From contig DATIBS010000131.1 in the NCBI GenBank assembly GCA_035457305.1, positions 1,831 to 65,830 of the forward strand: a stretch of DNA of 64,000 bases, given 5' to 3'. The stretch's first letter is position 1. Every line of letters begins with the position of its first letter. The position numbers and the translations under genes are program-made. Shown piece after piece: positions 47,299 to 56,255 of this stretch. This DNA is from Gemmatimonadales bacterium. Its GTDB lineage: Bacteria; Gemmatimonadota; Gemmatimonadetes; Gemmatimonadales; GWC2-71-9. Below the pieces are notes generated by a model. That model was not told the origin of the DNA. It saw nothing but the letters and a program-made list of their open reading frames with translations, and searched no databases.

Positions 47299-47774
47299 GC
47301 TGGACCGCCGGCAAGGTGCGCTCCCTGGCGGAGGCCCGGTCCTGGCGCCGGGGCCAGGCGGGAGCGGTCGTGTTCACCAACGGCGTCTTCGACCTCCTGC
47401 ACCCGGGGCACGTCGAGCTCCTGGAGGCGGCGCGGGCCGAGGGTGACGCGCTCGTGGTGGGGGTCAACAGCGACGCGAGCGCGCGCCGGCTCGGCAAGGG
47501 CCCCGGTCGCCCGGTGGCGTCGGAGGGCGCGCGCGCCCGGGTGCTCGCTGCCCTCGCCGCGGTGGATTGCGTGGTCCTCTTCGACGACGATACGCCACTC
47601 GCCCTGATCGAGGCGCTCCAGCCCGACGTCCTCGCCAAGGGCGCGGACTACGCTCGCGAGGCCATCGTCGGCGCCGACCTCGTCGAGGCCAGCGGCGGCC
47701 GTGTCGTCCGCATCCCGCTCGTTCCCGACCAGTCGTCCACCCGCCTCGTGGAGCGTGTCCGTGGCTCGTCCTGA
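47295..47774 (+). CDS. D-glycero-beta-D-manno-heptose-1-phosphate adenylyltransferase-like (RfaE domain II type cytidylyltransferase)
   Basis: ATGA overlap with the antiporter gene. VVFTNGVFDLLHPGHVELL, VVGVNSDAS, STRLVERV. Confidence 0.8.
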   Translation: MSWTAGKVRSLAEARSWRRGQAGAVVFTNGVFDLLHPGHVELLEAARAEGDALVVGVNSDASARRLGKGPGRPVASEGARARVLAALAAVDCVVLFDDDTPLALIEALQPDVLAKGADYAREAIVGADLVEASGGRVVRIPLVPDQSSTRLVERVRGSS

Positions 47775-48471
47775 CGGCCGGCCCGCCGGTGCCCTGCGTC
47801 CCGTCGTCCTCGAGCGCGGCGCGAACCCGTACGCCGAGGGCTCCTGCCTCATCCGGATGGGCGGCACCCTCGTCCACTGCACCGCCTCCGTGGATGCCGG
47901 CGTGCCGGGCTGGCGAAAGGGCTCGGGCCAGGGATGGGTCACTGCGGAGTACGCGATGCTTCCGCGGGCCACCACCGAGCGGACCGCGCGCGAGCGGAAC
48001 GGGGCCGGCGGGCGGACCCAGGAGATCCAGCGCCTGATCGGCCGCGCACTCCGCGCCGCGATGGGCACGATGGCCTTCGGGGAGTACACCATCCGCATCG
48101 ACTGCGACGTGCTCCAGGCCGATGGTGGCACCCGGACGGCGAGCGTCACCGGGGCGTGCGTGGCGCTGGCCGACGCGTGCGCGTGGCTCGAGCGGGAGAC
48201 CGGCACCCCGTCGCCCTTCGGCCGGCTGGTGGCGGCGGTCTCGGTCGGCGTCGTCGAGGGCGAGTCCCGCCTCGACCTCGCGTACGCCGAGGACCGGGTG
48301 GCGGAGGTGGACGCGAACGTCGTGCTGCTCGAGCCCGACCGGTTCGTGGAGGTGCAGGGCACCGGCGAGGCGGGGACCTTCGCCCGTGCCGACCTCGACC
48401 GCCTCCTCGACCTCGCGCACGACGGCGTGGCCGAGCTCTTCCGGCGGCAGCGGGCCGCGCTCGGCTGGTGA
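47761..48471 (+). CDS. rph: Ribonuclease PH
   Basis: GTG 47761 (or 47755). RPDGRPAGALRP, GSCLIRMGGT, GWVTAEYAMLPRAT, GRTQEIQRLIGRALR, DCDVLQADGGTRTASVTGA. Confidence 0.92.
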   Translation: MARPDGRPAGALRPVVLERGANPYAEGSCLIRMGGTLVHCTASVDAGVPGWRKGSGQGWVTAEYAMLPRATTERTARERNGAGGRTQEIQRLIGRALRAAMGTMAFGEYTIRIDCDVLQADGGTRTASVTGACVALADACAWLERETGTPSPFGRLVAAVSVGVVEGESRLDLAYAEDRVAEVDANVVLLEPDRFVEVQGTGEAGTFARADLDRLLDLAHDGVAELFRRQRAALGW

Positions 48472-49082
48472 AGGTCCTCGTCGCCACCCGGAGCCCGGGC
48501 AAGCAGCGCGAGGTCCGCGGGCTCTTCGCCGGCTCGGGGCACGAGGTGACCTTCCCCGACGAGGCGGGGCTCTGGCCCGTCGCGGAGGAGGACGGGCTGG
48601 AGACCGCCGACAGCTTCGCCGGCAACGCGCGCCGCAAGGCGGAGCACTTCGCCCGGCGCTCGGGCCTCCCGACCGTCGCCGACGATTCGGGCCTCGAGGT
48701 GTTCAGCCTGGGCGGCGCCCCCGGGGTACGTTCGCGGCGATGGGCCGGCGTCGAGGGTCCCGAGGCCGACGTGGACCGGGCGAACAACGATGAACTGCTG
48801 CGGCGCCTGCTCGGCGCACCCGGGTCGAAGCGGCGGGCGCGCTACCGCTGCGTGCTCGTCCTGCTCCGGACGCCGGAGGCGCCTCCCGAGACCTTCGAGG
48901 GCGCCTGCGCCGGGTCGATCCTGGAGGAGCCGCGCGGGGCGGGCGGGTTCGGCTACGACCCGCTCTTCCTGAGCGACGAGCTGGGGAAGTCCTTCGGGGA
49001 GGCGGCGCCGGAGGAGAAGGACCGGGTGAGCCACCGCGGCCGGGCGTTCCGCGCGCTCCTCGAGGCGCTCGGGCCAGGCTGA
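48468..49082 (+). CDS. rdgB: Non-canonical purine NTP pyrophosphatase (RdgB/HAM1 family)
   Basis: GTGA overlap with rph. ATRSPGKQRE, ADDSGLEV, GAPGVRS, GFGYDPLF, SHRGRA. Confidence 0.9.
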   Translation: MKVLVATRSPGKQREVRGLFAGSGHEVTFPDEAGLWPVAEEDGLETADSFAGNARRKAEHFARRSGLPTVADDSGLEVFSLGGAPGVRSRRWAGVEGPEADVDRANNDELLRRLLGAPGSKRRARYRCVLVLLRTPEAPPETFEGACAGSILEEPRGAGGFGYDPLFLSDELGKSFGEAAPEEKDRVSHRGRAFRALLEALGPG

Positions 49083-49104
49083 CCGGTATTAGCTTACCGG
49101 CCCA

Positions 49105-49178
49105 CGGGGTGTAGCGCAGTCCGGTAGCGCGCCTGCTTTGGGAGCAGGAGGTCCCGGGTTCGAATCCCGGCGCCCCGA
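49105..49178 (+). tRNA. tRNA-Pro, anticodon TGG
   Basis: Hand-folded cloverleaf: CGGGGTG-TA-GCGC-AGTCCGGTA-GCGC-G-CCTGC-TTTGGGA-GCAGG-AGGTC-CCGGG-TTCGAAT-CCCGG-CGCCCCG-A. CCA is not encoded. Confidence 0.9.
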
Positions 49179-49228
49179 TCCAGTTGCCCGTCCCCCCGGC
49201 CGTCCTCCCCGTCCCGCCGGAGACCTGC

Positions 49229-50866
49229 ATGGCCGAGCACCCGACGCTCCTCCGGCCCGGGCCGGTCGGCACCGATGCTCGGAGTACCCCCTCCGCCCTT
49301 CCGGCGGACCTCCTGGGCCAGGCCGCGACGCGCCTCCGCGCCGCCGCCCTCCTCTACGCCTTCGCCTTCTTCATGGCCGGCGTCCTCCCGATGCTGCTCG
49401 TCCCGGCGGACCGGGCGATGCTGTTCGGGGAGGTCGTGCACTGGGGCCCGTCCTTCGGCGCCATCCTCCTGGCGCTCATCGTCGCGGCCGTGGTGGGAAG
49501 CGGCCGCGTCCCGCTCGCCACCGCCATGCGCATCGGGCTCGGCTTCGAGATCGTCGGCAGCTACGGCATCGCCGCCGCCGAACTGGCCGGAGTCGGGGGA
49601 GCCCAGATCAACGCGCAGGTGTTCGGGCTTTCCTGGGTCGCCGTCTGGACGCTGCTCTTCACCATCGTCGTGCCGACCCGGCCCAGGACAGCAGTGGCGG
49701 CCGCGGTGGCCTCCGTGAGTGCGGTGCCCGTGACCTGCGGCCTCCTCCTGGCGACGGGCGTGATCGGCGTCCGGCTGGATCCGGGGCAGTTCTTCTTCTG
49801 GCTGGTGTCGCCCTACCTGATCGTCGTCGGCATGGCCTACGTCGGGGCGCGGGTGGTGTACGGGCTGGGAACCGAGGTCGGCCGGGCACGCGAGCTCGGG
49901 AGCTACGAGCTGGAGGAGCAGCTGGGCGAGGGAGGGATGGGCGAGGTGTGGCGGGCGCGTCACCGGATGCTGGCGCGCCCTGCCGCGATCAAGCTGATCC
50001 GGCCGTCGTTGATGTCCGGGGCGCGCCCGGGGGCGTCGGAGGGCGCGATCCGCCGGTTCGAGCGCGAAGCGCAGGCGATCGCCCGCCTGCGTTCACCCCA
50101 CACCGTGGAGCTGTTCGACTTCGGCGTCGCCGCCGACGGCACCTTCTACTACGTCATGGAGCTCCTCGACGGCCTCGACGCGGACAGCCTGGTGCGCCGC
50201 TTCGGGCCGGTCCCGCCCGAACGGGCCATCCACCTCCTCCGGCAGGTGTGCCACTCGCTCTCGGAGGCGGAGTCGTGCGGACTGGTGCACCGGGACGTGA
50301 AGCCCGCCAACATCTTCCTCTGTCGCTACGGGGAGGAATTCGACTTCGTGAAGGTCCTCGATTTCGGCATCGTGCGGGCAGCCCGGGACCGGGACGAGCC
50401 CGGCTCGGCGCTGACCGGGGAGAACGCGGTGCAGGGTACCCCGGCGTTCATGGCGCCGGAACAGGCGATGGGCCGCCCGGTGGACGGCCGAACCGACATC
50501 TACGCGGCGGGCTGCGTCGCCTTCTGGTTGCTCACCGGGGAACCCGTCTTCACCGGTGACAACCCGATGGGGCAACTGGTGGATCATGCGAAGACGCCCC
50601 CGGACCCGCCGTCCGCCCGGACCGACCGGCCGATTTCCGCGGCCCTCGATGCCGTGGTGCTCTCCTGCCTCGCCAAGGACCCGGCGAACCGGCCACAGTC
50701 CGCTCGCGAACTGTCGCGGCGGCTCGCCGCGGTGGAGGGTGCCGACACGTGGACCCAGGAACGGGCCCGCGAGTGGTGGGAGGCGAGTCAGCCTGCGGGC
50801 GCGGGGGCGAACTCCTCGACCTGGGCCGACCGTGCCGGCCCCCCGACGCCCCGACCGATGCCGTAG
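49229..50866 (+). CDS. Ser/Thr protein kinase with an N-terminal polytopic membrane domain
   Basis: ATG 49229. About 230 aa with about 6 hydrophobic segments, then a Hanks kinase (GEGGMGEVWRA, AIKLI, HRDVKPANIFL, DFG, GTPAFMAPE, DIYAAGCV). Confidence 0.85.
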   Translation: MAEHPTLLRPGPVGTDARSTPSALPADLLGQAATRLRAAALLYAFAFFMAGVLPMLLVPADRAMLFGEVVHWGPSFGAILLALIVAAVVGSGRVPLATAMRIGLGFEIVGSYGIAAAELAGVGGAQINAQVFGLSWVAVWTLLFTIVVPTRPRTAVAAAVASVSAVPVTCGLLLATGVIGVRLDPGQFFFWLVSPYLIVVGMAYVGARVVYGLGTEVGRARELGSYELEEQLGEGGMGEVWRARHRMLARPAAIKLIRPSLMSGARPGASEGAIRRFEREAQAIARLRSPHTVELFDFGVAADGTFYYVMELLDGLDADSLVRRFGPVPPERAIHLLRQVCHSLSEAESCGLVHRDVKPANIFLCRYGEEFDFVKVLDFGIVRAARDRDEPGSALTGENAVQGTPAFMAPEQAMGRPVDGRTDIYAAGCVAFWLLTGEPVFTGDNPMGQLVDHAKTPPDPPSARTDRPISAALDAVVLSCLAKDPANRPQSARELSRRLAAVEGADTWTQERAREWWEASQPAGAGANSSTWADRAGPPTPRPMP

Positions 50867-51906
50867 AGCAGGAGCCGGCCGTCCGGGGTGACATACAGGC
50901 CGGCCCCTGCGCCGAAATTGCACTCCACGCAGGTCACGCCCCGACTGCCGCGCGGGGCCAGCCGCAGTCCCTCCCCGCTCCGCTCGAAGGCATACCAATG
51001 CAGGTGGTCGTGCCCGAGCGACGGCGGGGGGAAGCCGGTGTTGTGCATGCCCACCAGGAAGAGCTCACCGTCGCACTGGGTGATGAGGTTGAGGTTCTGG
51101 AACCCGCCCTCGACGCCGTCGGTGCTCACCGGAAGGGGGACGAACTCCCGGTGGTCCGCAAGGGTGCTGTCCACCGAGCGGTAGAAGGCGAGCGACTTGG
51201 AGCTCCGCTCCCCGACCACCAGCAGCCAGCGGTGGTCGGCCAGGCGGGCGAGGGCGGCCAGGCTGGCGTGCGTCGGATCAGCCGCCGCCCCACCGGCGCG
51301 ACCGCGCACCAGGCCGATCCGTCGGGGGGCGGCCGGATTCCCCACATCATAGAAGACCACGGCGGAGGAATCGCCCCGTGCCTCGTACGGCACCGCCAGC
51401 AGGTGCCCCGCGAGCTGCGGGCCCCCGGCATGCTCCAGTCCGGGTTCGGCCGGCACCGCGGTGATCACCCGGTCCATCGGCGGCGGCGCCAGGTCGCGGG
51501 CCGGGAGCCCGGAGCGGAGGCGACTCGCCCGGAAGGGGCCCCCGCTCGCATCCCGCGAGGCCATGCGGACGATCACGAAGCCCGTCGACGTGCCGCTCCG
51601 GGTGGCAACCAGCCAGCGGCCGTCGCCCACCGCGATCCGCTGGATGCCCTGCCAGTGCCGGAGGAAGGAGAGGAACGCCCCTTCCGAGGCCGGGCGGAAT
51701 CCCAGGGGCTCGCCCGACTCCGGCAGCTCCGCCAGGGCCGCTGGGACGTCCGGGACGCAACGCGACGCCCCCGCCTGCCCCCAGCGGCGCTCGACCAGGC
51801 CGTGCGGGACAGGTGGCTGGGCCTCTGCCGCGCCGCCAAGACCGGCGGGCAGCAGGAGGAGGGCGAGAGTGATGCACCGGCGGCGCCGGGTCCGCGTGTG
51901 AGCCAC
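50788..51906 (-). CDS. Hypothetical secreted protein (unknown family, possibly beta-propeller-like)
   Basis: Signal peptide MAHTRTRRRRCITLALLLLPAGLGGAAEAQ. Long open frame with consistent codon bias. Motifs such as HLLAVPYEARGDSSAVVFYDVGNPAAPRRIG. The 3' end overlaps the kinase gene by 79 nt. Confidence 0.6.
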   Translation of the reverse strand: MAHTRTRRRRCITLALLLLPAGLGGAAEAQPPVPHGLVERRWGQAGASRCVPDVPAALAELPESGEPLGFRPASEGAFLSFLRHWQGIQRIAVGDGRWLVATRSGTSTGFVIVRMASRDASGGPFRASRLRSGLPARDLAPPPMDRVITAVPAEPGLEHAGGPQLAGHLLAVPYEARGDSSAVVFYDVGNPAAPRRIGLVRGRAGGAAADPTHASLAALARLADHRWLLVVGERSSKSLAFYRSVDSTLADHREFVPLPVSTDGVEGGFQNLNLITQCDGELFLVGMHNTGFPPPSLGHDHLHWYAFERSGEGLRLAPRGSRGVTCVECNFGAGAGLYVTPDGRLLLYGIGRGVGGPARSAQVEEFAPAPAG

Positions 51907-51961
51907 GTTACTGTACGTCCCGTCGATTCGGGTTCACCTTTGCGCGAGCCTCCCCCGAAGG

Positions 51962-52831
51962 GTGACTCCGATGCCCGACCTGCTCGATCCGGTGCGCAAG
52001 GGACGCCAGGCGCTCCAGCGGTCGTGGAACCTCCGCGGCCTGGGCCGGGAGAAGGGCCCGCTCGCGGCCGCTGTCGCCGCCGCGCTCCAGGCGGCCGTGC
52101 GGGGCCACCTCACTCCCGAGGAGGAGGAGTGGACCGCCCGCATCGAGCGGCTACGCGCCGAGCTGGATGCCTCGGCGGCCCCGGTGCTGCGCCTCGACTA
52201 CGGCGCGGGAAGCCCGGGCGCCCGACGCACCGCGGCGGAGATGCTGGCCGGGGTCGAGACTCCCGACACGCTCGGGCACATCAGCCGGTTGACGAGCAAG
52301 CCGCCGTTCTGGTGCCGCGTGCTCTTCCAGCTCGTCCGGCATGCCCGGCCCGTCACCTGCCTCGAGATGGGCACCTCGGTCGGTATCTCGGCCGCCTACC
52401 AGGCCGCGGCGCTCGAGCTCAACGCGAGCGGTTCCCTGGTCACGCTCGAGGGCGCTCCTGCGGTGGCGGAGATTGCGGCTGCCAATCTCCGGCGGCTCGG
52501 ACTCGACCGGTCGGAGGTGGTCGTCGGCCGGTTCCAGGACACCCTCCCCGGGCTGCTCGAGGCCCGGCAGCCGGTGGATTACGTCTTCGTCGACGGCCAC
52601 CACGACCAGCAGGCCACGCTGGCCTACTTCGAGCTGCTGCTGCCCGCCCTCGCCGGGGCCGCGCTCCTGGTCTTCGACGACATCGCGTGGTCCGACGGCA
52701 TGCGCCGCGCCTGGAGCGCGCTGTCGCGCGACCACCGGGTCGGCATCGCCGTCGACCTCGGGCCGGTCGGCCTCTGCCTCATCGATGGCAACGGAGGACG
52801 CCGGGGGCATTACCACATCCCGTTGCCGTAG
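51962..52831 (+). CDS. Class I SAM-dependent O-methyltransferase (family 3-like)
   Basis: CLEMGTSVGISAAY (motif I), VFVDGHHD, LLVFDDIAW. Start is GTG 51962 or ATG 51971. Confidence 0.75.
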   Translation: MTPMPDLLDPVRKGRQALQRSWNLRGLGREKGPLAAAVAAALQAAVRGHLTPEEEEWTARIERLRAELDASAAPVLRLDYGAGSPGARRTAAEMLAGVETPDTLGHISRLTSKPPFWCRVLFQLVRHARPVTCLEMGTSVGISAAYQAAALELNASGSLVTLEGAPAVAEIAAANLRRLGLDRSEVVVGRFQDTLPGLLEARQPVDYVFVDGHHDQQATLAYFELLLPALAGAALLVFDDIAWSDGMRRAWSALSRDHRVGIAVDLGPVGLCLIDGNGGRRGHYHIPLP

Positions 52832-52843
52832 GCCGCCCGGCAT

Positions 52844-52866
52844 GGCGCCGACCGTTCACCGGCGCC
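52844..52866. terminator. Short GC hairpin between the convergent methyltransferase gene and murB
   Basis: GGCGCCG (52844-52850), 9-nt loop, CGGCGCC (52860-52866). Confidence 0.35.
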
Positions 52867-52872
52867 CGGCAC

Positions 52873-53952
52873 TCACGCCAGCAGGACCGGCTCGCGCTCC
52901 AGCGTCACCCCGAATCGCGCCCGGACGCCCTCCCGGATCGACGTGGCGAGGGCGAGCAGGTCCGCCGTGGACCCGCCCGCGTTGACGAGGGCCAGGGTGT
53001 GGCGGTGGGAGATGCGGGCGCCATCCAGCGCGAAGCCCTTCGCGAACCCGGCCCGCTCGATGAGCCAGGCCGCCGGCACCTTGAGCCCGCCGGGTGCCGG
53101 GAAGGTCGGGATCGCGCCGCTGCCGCCGCCCTCCGTCCAGCGCCGCCCGAGCGCGGCGAACTCCTCCGGGGTGAGCACGGGGTTCATGAAGAACGACCCC
53201 GCCGAGCGGGTGTCGGGATCGGTGGGGTCGAGCACCATGCCCTTGGACCGGCGCAGCGCGAGCACGGTCTCGCGCACCCGGCCGAGCCCGACGACCGGCG
53301 CAACCCCCGTCACGCCGCCGCGCGTCGCCACGGCGGCGGCGAGCTCGGGGTACCGGAGGGTCGGCGCCCCGCCTGGCTGCAGTCGGAAGCGCACGCCGGT
53401 GACGACGAACCGTCCGGCGTCCTCGCCCTTGAACCGGCTCCCGCGGTACGCGAAGCGACACTCGTCGCGCGTGAACGTGCACGGTTCGAGGGCTTCCCGG
53501 TCGAGCGCCCGGACTTCGACAATCGTCTCGGCCACCTCCTGGCCGTAGGCGCCGACGTTCTGGATCGGCGTGCCGCCGACGGTGCCCGGGATCCCGGAAA
53601 GGCACTCGACCCCGGCCGCGCCTCGGCGCACCGCCTCCGCCACAAGCTCGTCCCAGGCGACCCCCGCGCCCGCGTCCACGATGGTCTCCTGCCGGGCCTC
53701 GGCGAAGGTCACGCCGGGAATCGCCACCTGCAGCACGAGCGCGTCCAGGCCGGCATCGGGCACGATGACATTGCTGCCGCCGCCGAGGATGATCACCGGC
53801 AGCCGTTCCTGCCGGCCCCAGGCGAGCGCGGTCCGGAGGTCCGCCGGGGAGGCGCAGCGGAGGAACCAGCGGGCCGGGCCGCCGAGGCCGAGAGTGGTGA
53901 GCGGCGCGAGCGGGACGCGCTCGCGCAGGCCGAGTGGGGCGGGGATGGGCAT
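52873..53952 (-). CDS. murB: UDP-N-acetylenolpyruvoylglucosamine reductase
   Basis: ATG 53952. LAPLTTLGLGGPARWF, ILGGGSNV, GIPGTVGGTPIQNVGAYG, AYRGSRFK, SAGSFFMNP. Confidence 0.9.
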   Translation of the reverse strand: MPIPAPLGLRERVPLAPLTTLGLGGPARWFLRCASPADLRTALAWGRQERLPVIILGGGSNVIVPDAGLDALVLQVAIPGVTFAEARQETIVDAGAGVAWDELVAEAVRRGAAGVECLSGIPGTVGGTPIQNVGAYGQEVAETIVEVRALDREALEPCTFTRDECRFAYRGSRFKGEDAGRFVVTGVRFRLQPGGAPTLRYPELAAAVATRGGVTGVAPVVGLGRVRETVLALRRSKGMVLDPTDPDTRSAGSFFMNPVLTPEEFAALGRRWTEGGGSGAIPTFPAPGGLKVPAAWLIERAGFAKGFALDGARISHRHTLALVNAGGSTADLLALATSIREGVRARFGVTLEREPVLLA

Positions 53953-54058
53953 GGCGGAAAGGTAAGCGCCCCGGCGCCGGGCGCCGCGCACTGCCCGGCC
54001 GCGGCCGCGCCCGCTAGTTTGGTGGAACCCGGCCGGGGCGTCAGGCCTCGCCGTGCCG

Positions 54059-54132
54059 GCGCCCGTAGCTCAGCTGGATAGAGCAGCAGCCTTCTAAGCT
54101 GCTGGTCGGTGGTTCGAATCCACCCGGGCGCA
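54059..54132 (+). tRNA. tRNA-Arg, anticodon TCT
   Basis: Hand-folded: GCGCCCG-TA-GCTC-AGCTGGATA-GAGC-A-GCAGC-CTTCTAA-GCTGC-TGGTC-GGTGG-TTCGAAT-CCACC-CGGGCGC-A. CCA is not encoded. Confidence 0.9.
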
Positions 54133-54151
54133 CTCGATTAGATTCCCCCGC

Positions 54152-55564
54152 GTGCGGCTCCTCCGCCTCCTCCCCGAGTCCTGGCGACCCCACCGCGACG
54201 AGTTCCGCCGCACCATCGGGCTCGCGCTGCCCATCGTGGCGGTGCAGCTCGGCTGGATGCTGATGGGCCTCGTGGACACGCTGATGGTGGGTCGGCTGAG
54301 CGCCCGGGACCTCGCCGCCGTCGCGCTCGGCAACCTCTTCTTCATGGGCATCGTGTCGTTCGGGATGGGGCTCCTGATGGCGCTCGATCCCCTCGTTGCG
54401 CAGGCCGTCGGGGCGCGCGACCGCGTGGCCGTCGCCCGGGCCGTTCAGCGCGGTCTGGTCGTGGCGGCGCTGCTCACGGTGCCGGTCGCGATCGCGCTCC
54501 TCCCGGCCGCGCCCGCGCTCACGGCCCTCCGCCAGCCGGCGGAGGTGGTGCCGCTCGCGGCGGGGTACGTCTACGCCTGTCTGCCCGGCCTCCTGCCGCT
54601 GTTCGTGTTCTATGCCCTGCGCCAGAGCCTGCAGGCGCATGGCCGCGTCGCACCGGTGCTCTGGGCCGTCGCGGTGGCGAACCTGGCCAACGTCGGCTTC
54701 AACTGGATCCTGGTCTACGGGAAGCTGGGCTTCCCGGCACTCGGCGGCGTCGGTGCCGGCTGGGCCTCGTCGGCCGCCCGCGTGCTGCTCGCGCTCGGCC
54801 TCCTTGCCGCCGGCTGGCCGATCCTCGGCCCGCTCCTCCGGCCCTGGCGGCGCGATGCCTTCGCGCTCCGGCCCCTCGGGCGGATGCTCCGGCTCGGCGC
54901 GCCGGTCGGGCTGATGACGATGCTGGAGTTCACCGCGTTCGGCGTGACCGGCGTGATGATGGGATGGTTCGGCGAGGTTCCGATGGCGGGGCACCAGATC
55001 GCCCTCAACCTCGCATCCTTCACCTTCATGGTGCCCCTCGGCATCGCGAGCTCGGGCTCGGTGCTCGTGGGCCACGCCATCGGACGGGGCGACCTCGCGG
55101 AGGCCCGGCGCGAGTCCGGGGCCGCGCTCCTGCTCGGTGTCGGCTTCATGACGGCGAGCGCCCTCGTCTTCCTGGCGGTGCCCCGGCTGCTCGCGGGGGC
55201 ATTCACCACCGATCCCGCCGTGCTCGCGGTGGCGGCGACCCTGCTGCCGATCGCCGGGTTCTTCCAGGTGTTCGACGGCACGCAGGTGGTGTGCGCCGGC
55301 CTGCTCCGGGGGATGGGGGATACCCGCGTCCCGATGCTGGGGAACCTCGTCGGCTTCTGGGTGCTGGGAATCCCGGCCGGTGCGCTCTTCGCCCTGCGCC
55401 TCGGCCTGGGCCCGGCCGGCCTCTGGTGGGGGTTGGTCGTGGGGCTCGCGGCCGTCGGCCTGCTCCTCCTGGCCCGGACCGCGGCGCTGCTCCGCCGGGG
55501 TGTCGGCCGCGTGCGCGTGGACGACGACAGCACGGAACATCACGTCCTGGCGGAGCCGGCGTGA
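54152..55564 (+). CDS. MATE-family efflux transporter
   Basis: GTG 54152. 12-TM pattern with the MATE N-terminal signature (LALPIVAVQLGWMLMGLVDTLMVGRL) and an internal repeat. Confidence 0.85.
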   Translation: MRLLRLLPESWRPHRDEFRRTIGLALPIVAVQLGWMLMGLVDTLMVGRLSARDLAAVALGNLFFMGIVSFGMGLLMALDPLVAQAVGARDRVAVARAVQRGLVVAALLTVPVAIALLPAAPALTALRQPAEVVPLAAGYVYACLPGLLPLFVFYALRQSLQAHGRVAPVLWAVAVANLANVGFNWILVYGKLGFPALGGVGAGWASSAARVLLALGLLAAGWPILGPLLRPWRRDAFALRPLGRMLRLGAPVGLMTMLEFTAFGVTGVMMGWFGEVPMAGHQIALNLASFTFMVPLGIASSGSVLVGHAIGRGDLAEARRESGAALLLGVGFMTASALVFLAVPRLLAGAFTTDPAVLAVAATLLPIAGFFQVFDGTQVVCAGLLRGMGDTRVPMLGNLVGFWVLGIPAGALFALRLGLGPAGLWWGLVVGLAAVGLLLLARTAALLRRGVGRVRVDDDSTEHHVLAEPA

Positions 55565-56241
55565 GCGCCCGCTTCCGTGCGGTGCTCTTCGACTGCGACT
55601 CCACGCTGGCCGAGGTGGAAGGCATCGACGAGCTGGCCCGGGAGCATCGCGAGGCGGTGGCCGAGCTCACGGCCCGGGCGATGGCGGGCGAACTCCCCCT
55701 CGAGGAGGTGTACGCGCGGCGGCTCGAGCTCGCCCGCCCGGGACGGGTGGAGCTGGACGCCCTCGCCGCGCGCTATGTGGCCGGCCTGGTGCCCGGCGCG
55801 CGGGAGACGGTCGCCGGCCTCCACGCCGCCGGGGTGGACGTGCGCATCATCTCCGGCGGGCTCCGCCCAGCGGTGCTCGCCGTGGCCGGGGCGCTCGGCG
55901 TGCCCGCGGACCGGGTGTACGCCGTCGGCGTCGCCCTCGACGCTGGGGGCGGCTACGCCGGCTTCGAGTCGGACTCCCCCCTCGCGCGGACCGGCGGCAA
56001 GCGCCGCCTGGTCGAGGGCCTCGCCGGGCTCCCGCGGCCGGCGCTTCTCGTCGGCGACGGCGCCACCGACCTGGAGGCGCGCCCGGCCGTGGACGCCTTC
56101 GCCTGTTTCACCGGCGTCGCCCACCGCGATCGGATCGCGGCCGCCGCCGATTTCGTGATCTCGGACCTCCGGATGGTGCTGGAGATCTGTGGCCTCGACG
56201 GCCGCGCCATCGACCCCAAGCTCGTGACTCGCGACTCGTGA
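55561..56241 (+). CDS. serB: HAD-family phosphoserine phosphatase-like protein
   Basis: GTGA overlap with the MATE gene. FDCDSTL (DxDxT), ISGG, GDGATD. Context with serA and an aminotransferase. Confidence 0.75.
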   Translation: MSARFRAVLFDCDSTLAEVEGIDELAREHREAVAELTARAMAGELPLEEVYARRLELARPGRVELDALAARYVAGLVPGARETVAGLHAAGVDVRIISGGLRPAVLAVAGALGVPADRVYAVGVALDAGGGYAGFESDSPLARTGGKRRLVEGLAGLPRPALLVGDGATDLEARPAVDAFACFTGVAHRDRIAAAADFVISDLRMVLEICGLDGRAIDPKLVTRDS

Positions 56242-56255
56242 CCCGTGACGTCCAG

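Noticed and set aside
49184-49228. An upstream TTG start that would extend the kinase by 15 aa.
   Set aside because: It begins only 6 nt after the tRNA-Pro 3' end. ATG 49229 (MAEHPTLL...) is the more plausible start.
49105-54132. Possible genomic island bounded by tRNA-Pro and tRNA-Arg (kinase, unknown secreted protein, methyltransferase, murB).
   Set aside because: There is no integrase, recombinase or transposase. I saw no direct repeat of a tRNA 3' end. No visible shift in G+C or codon style occurs, and the region includes the core gene murB.
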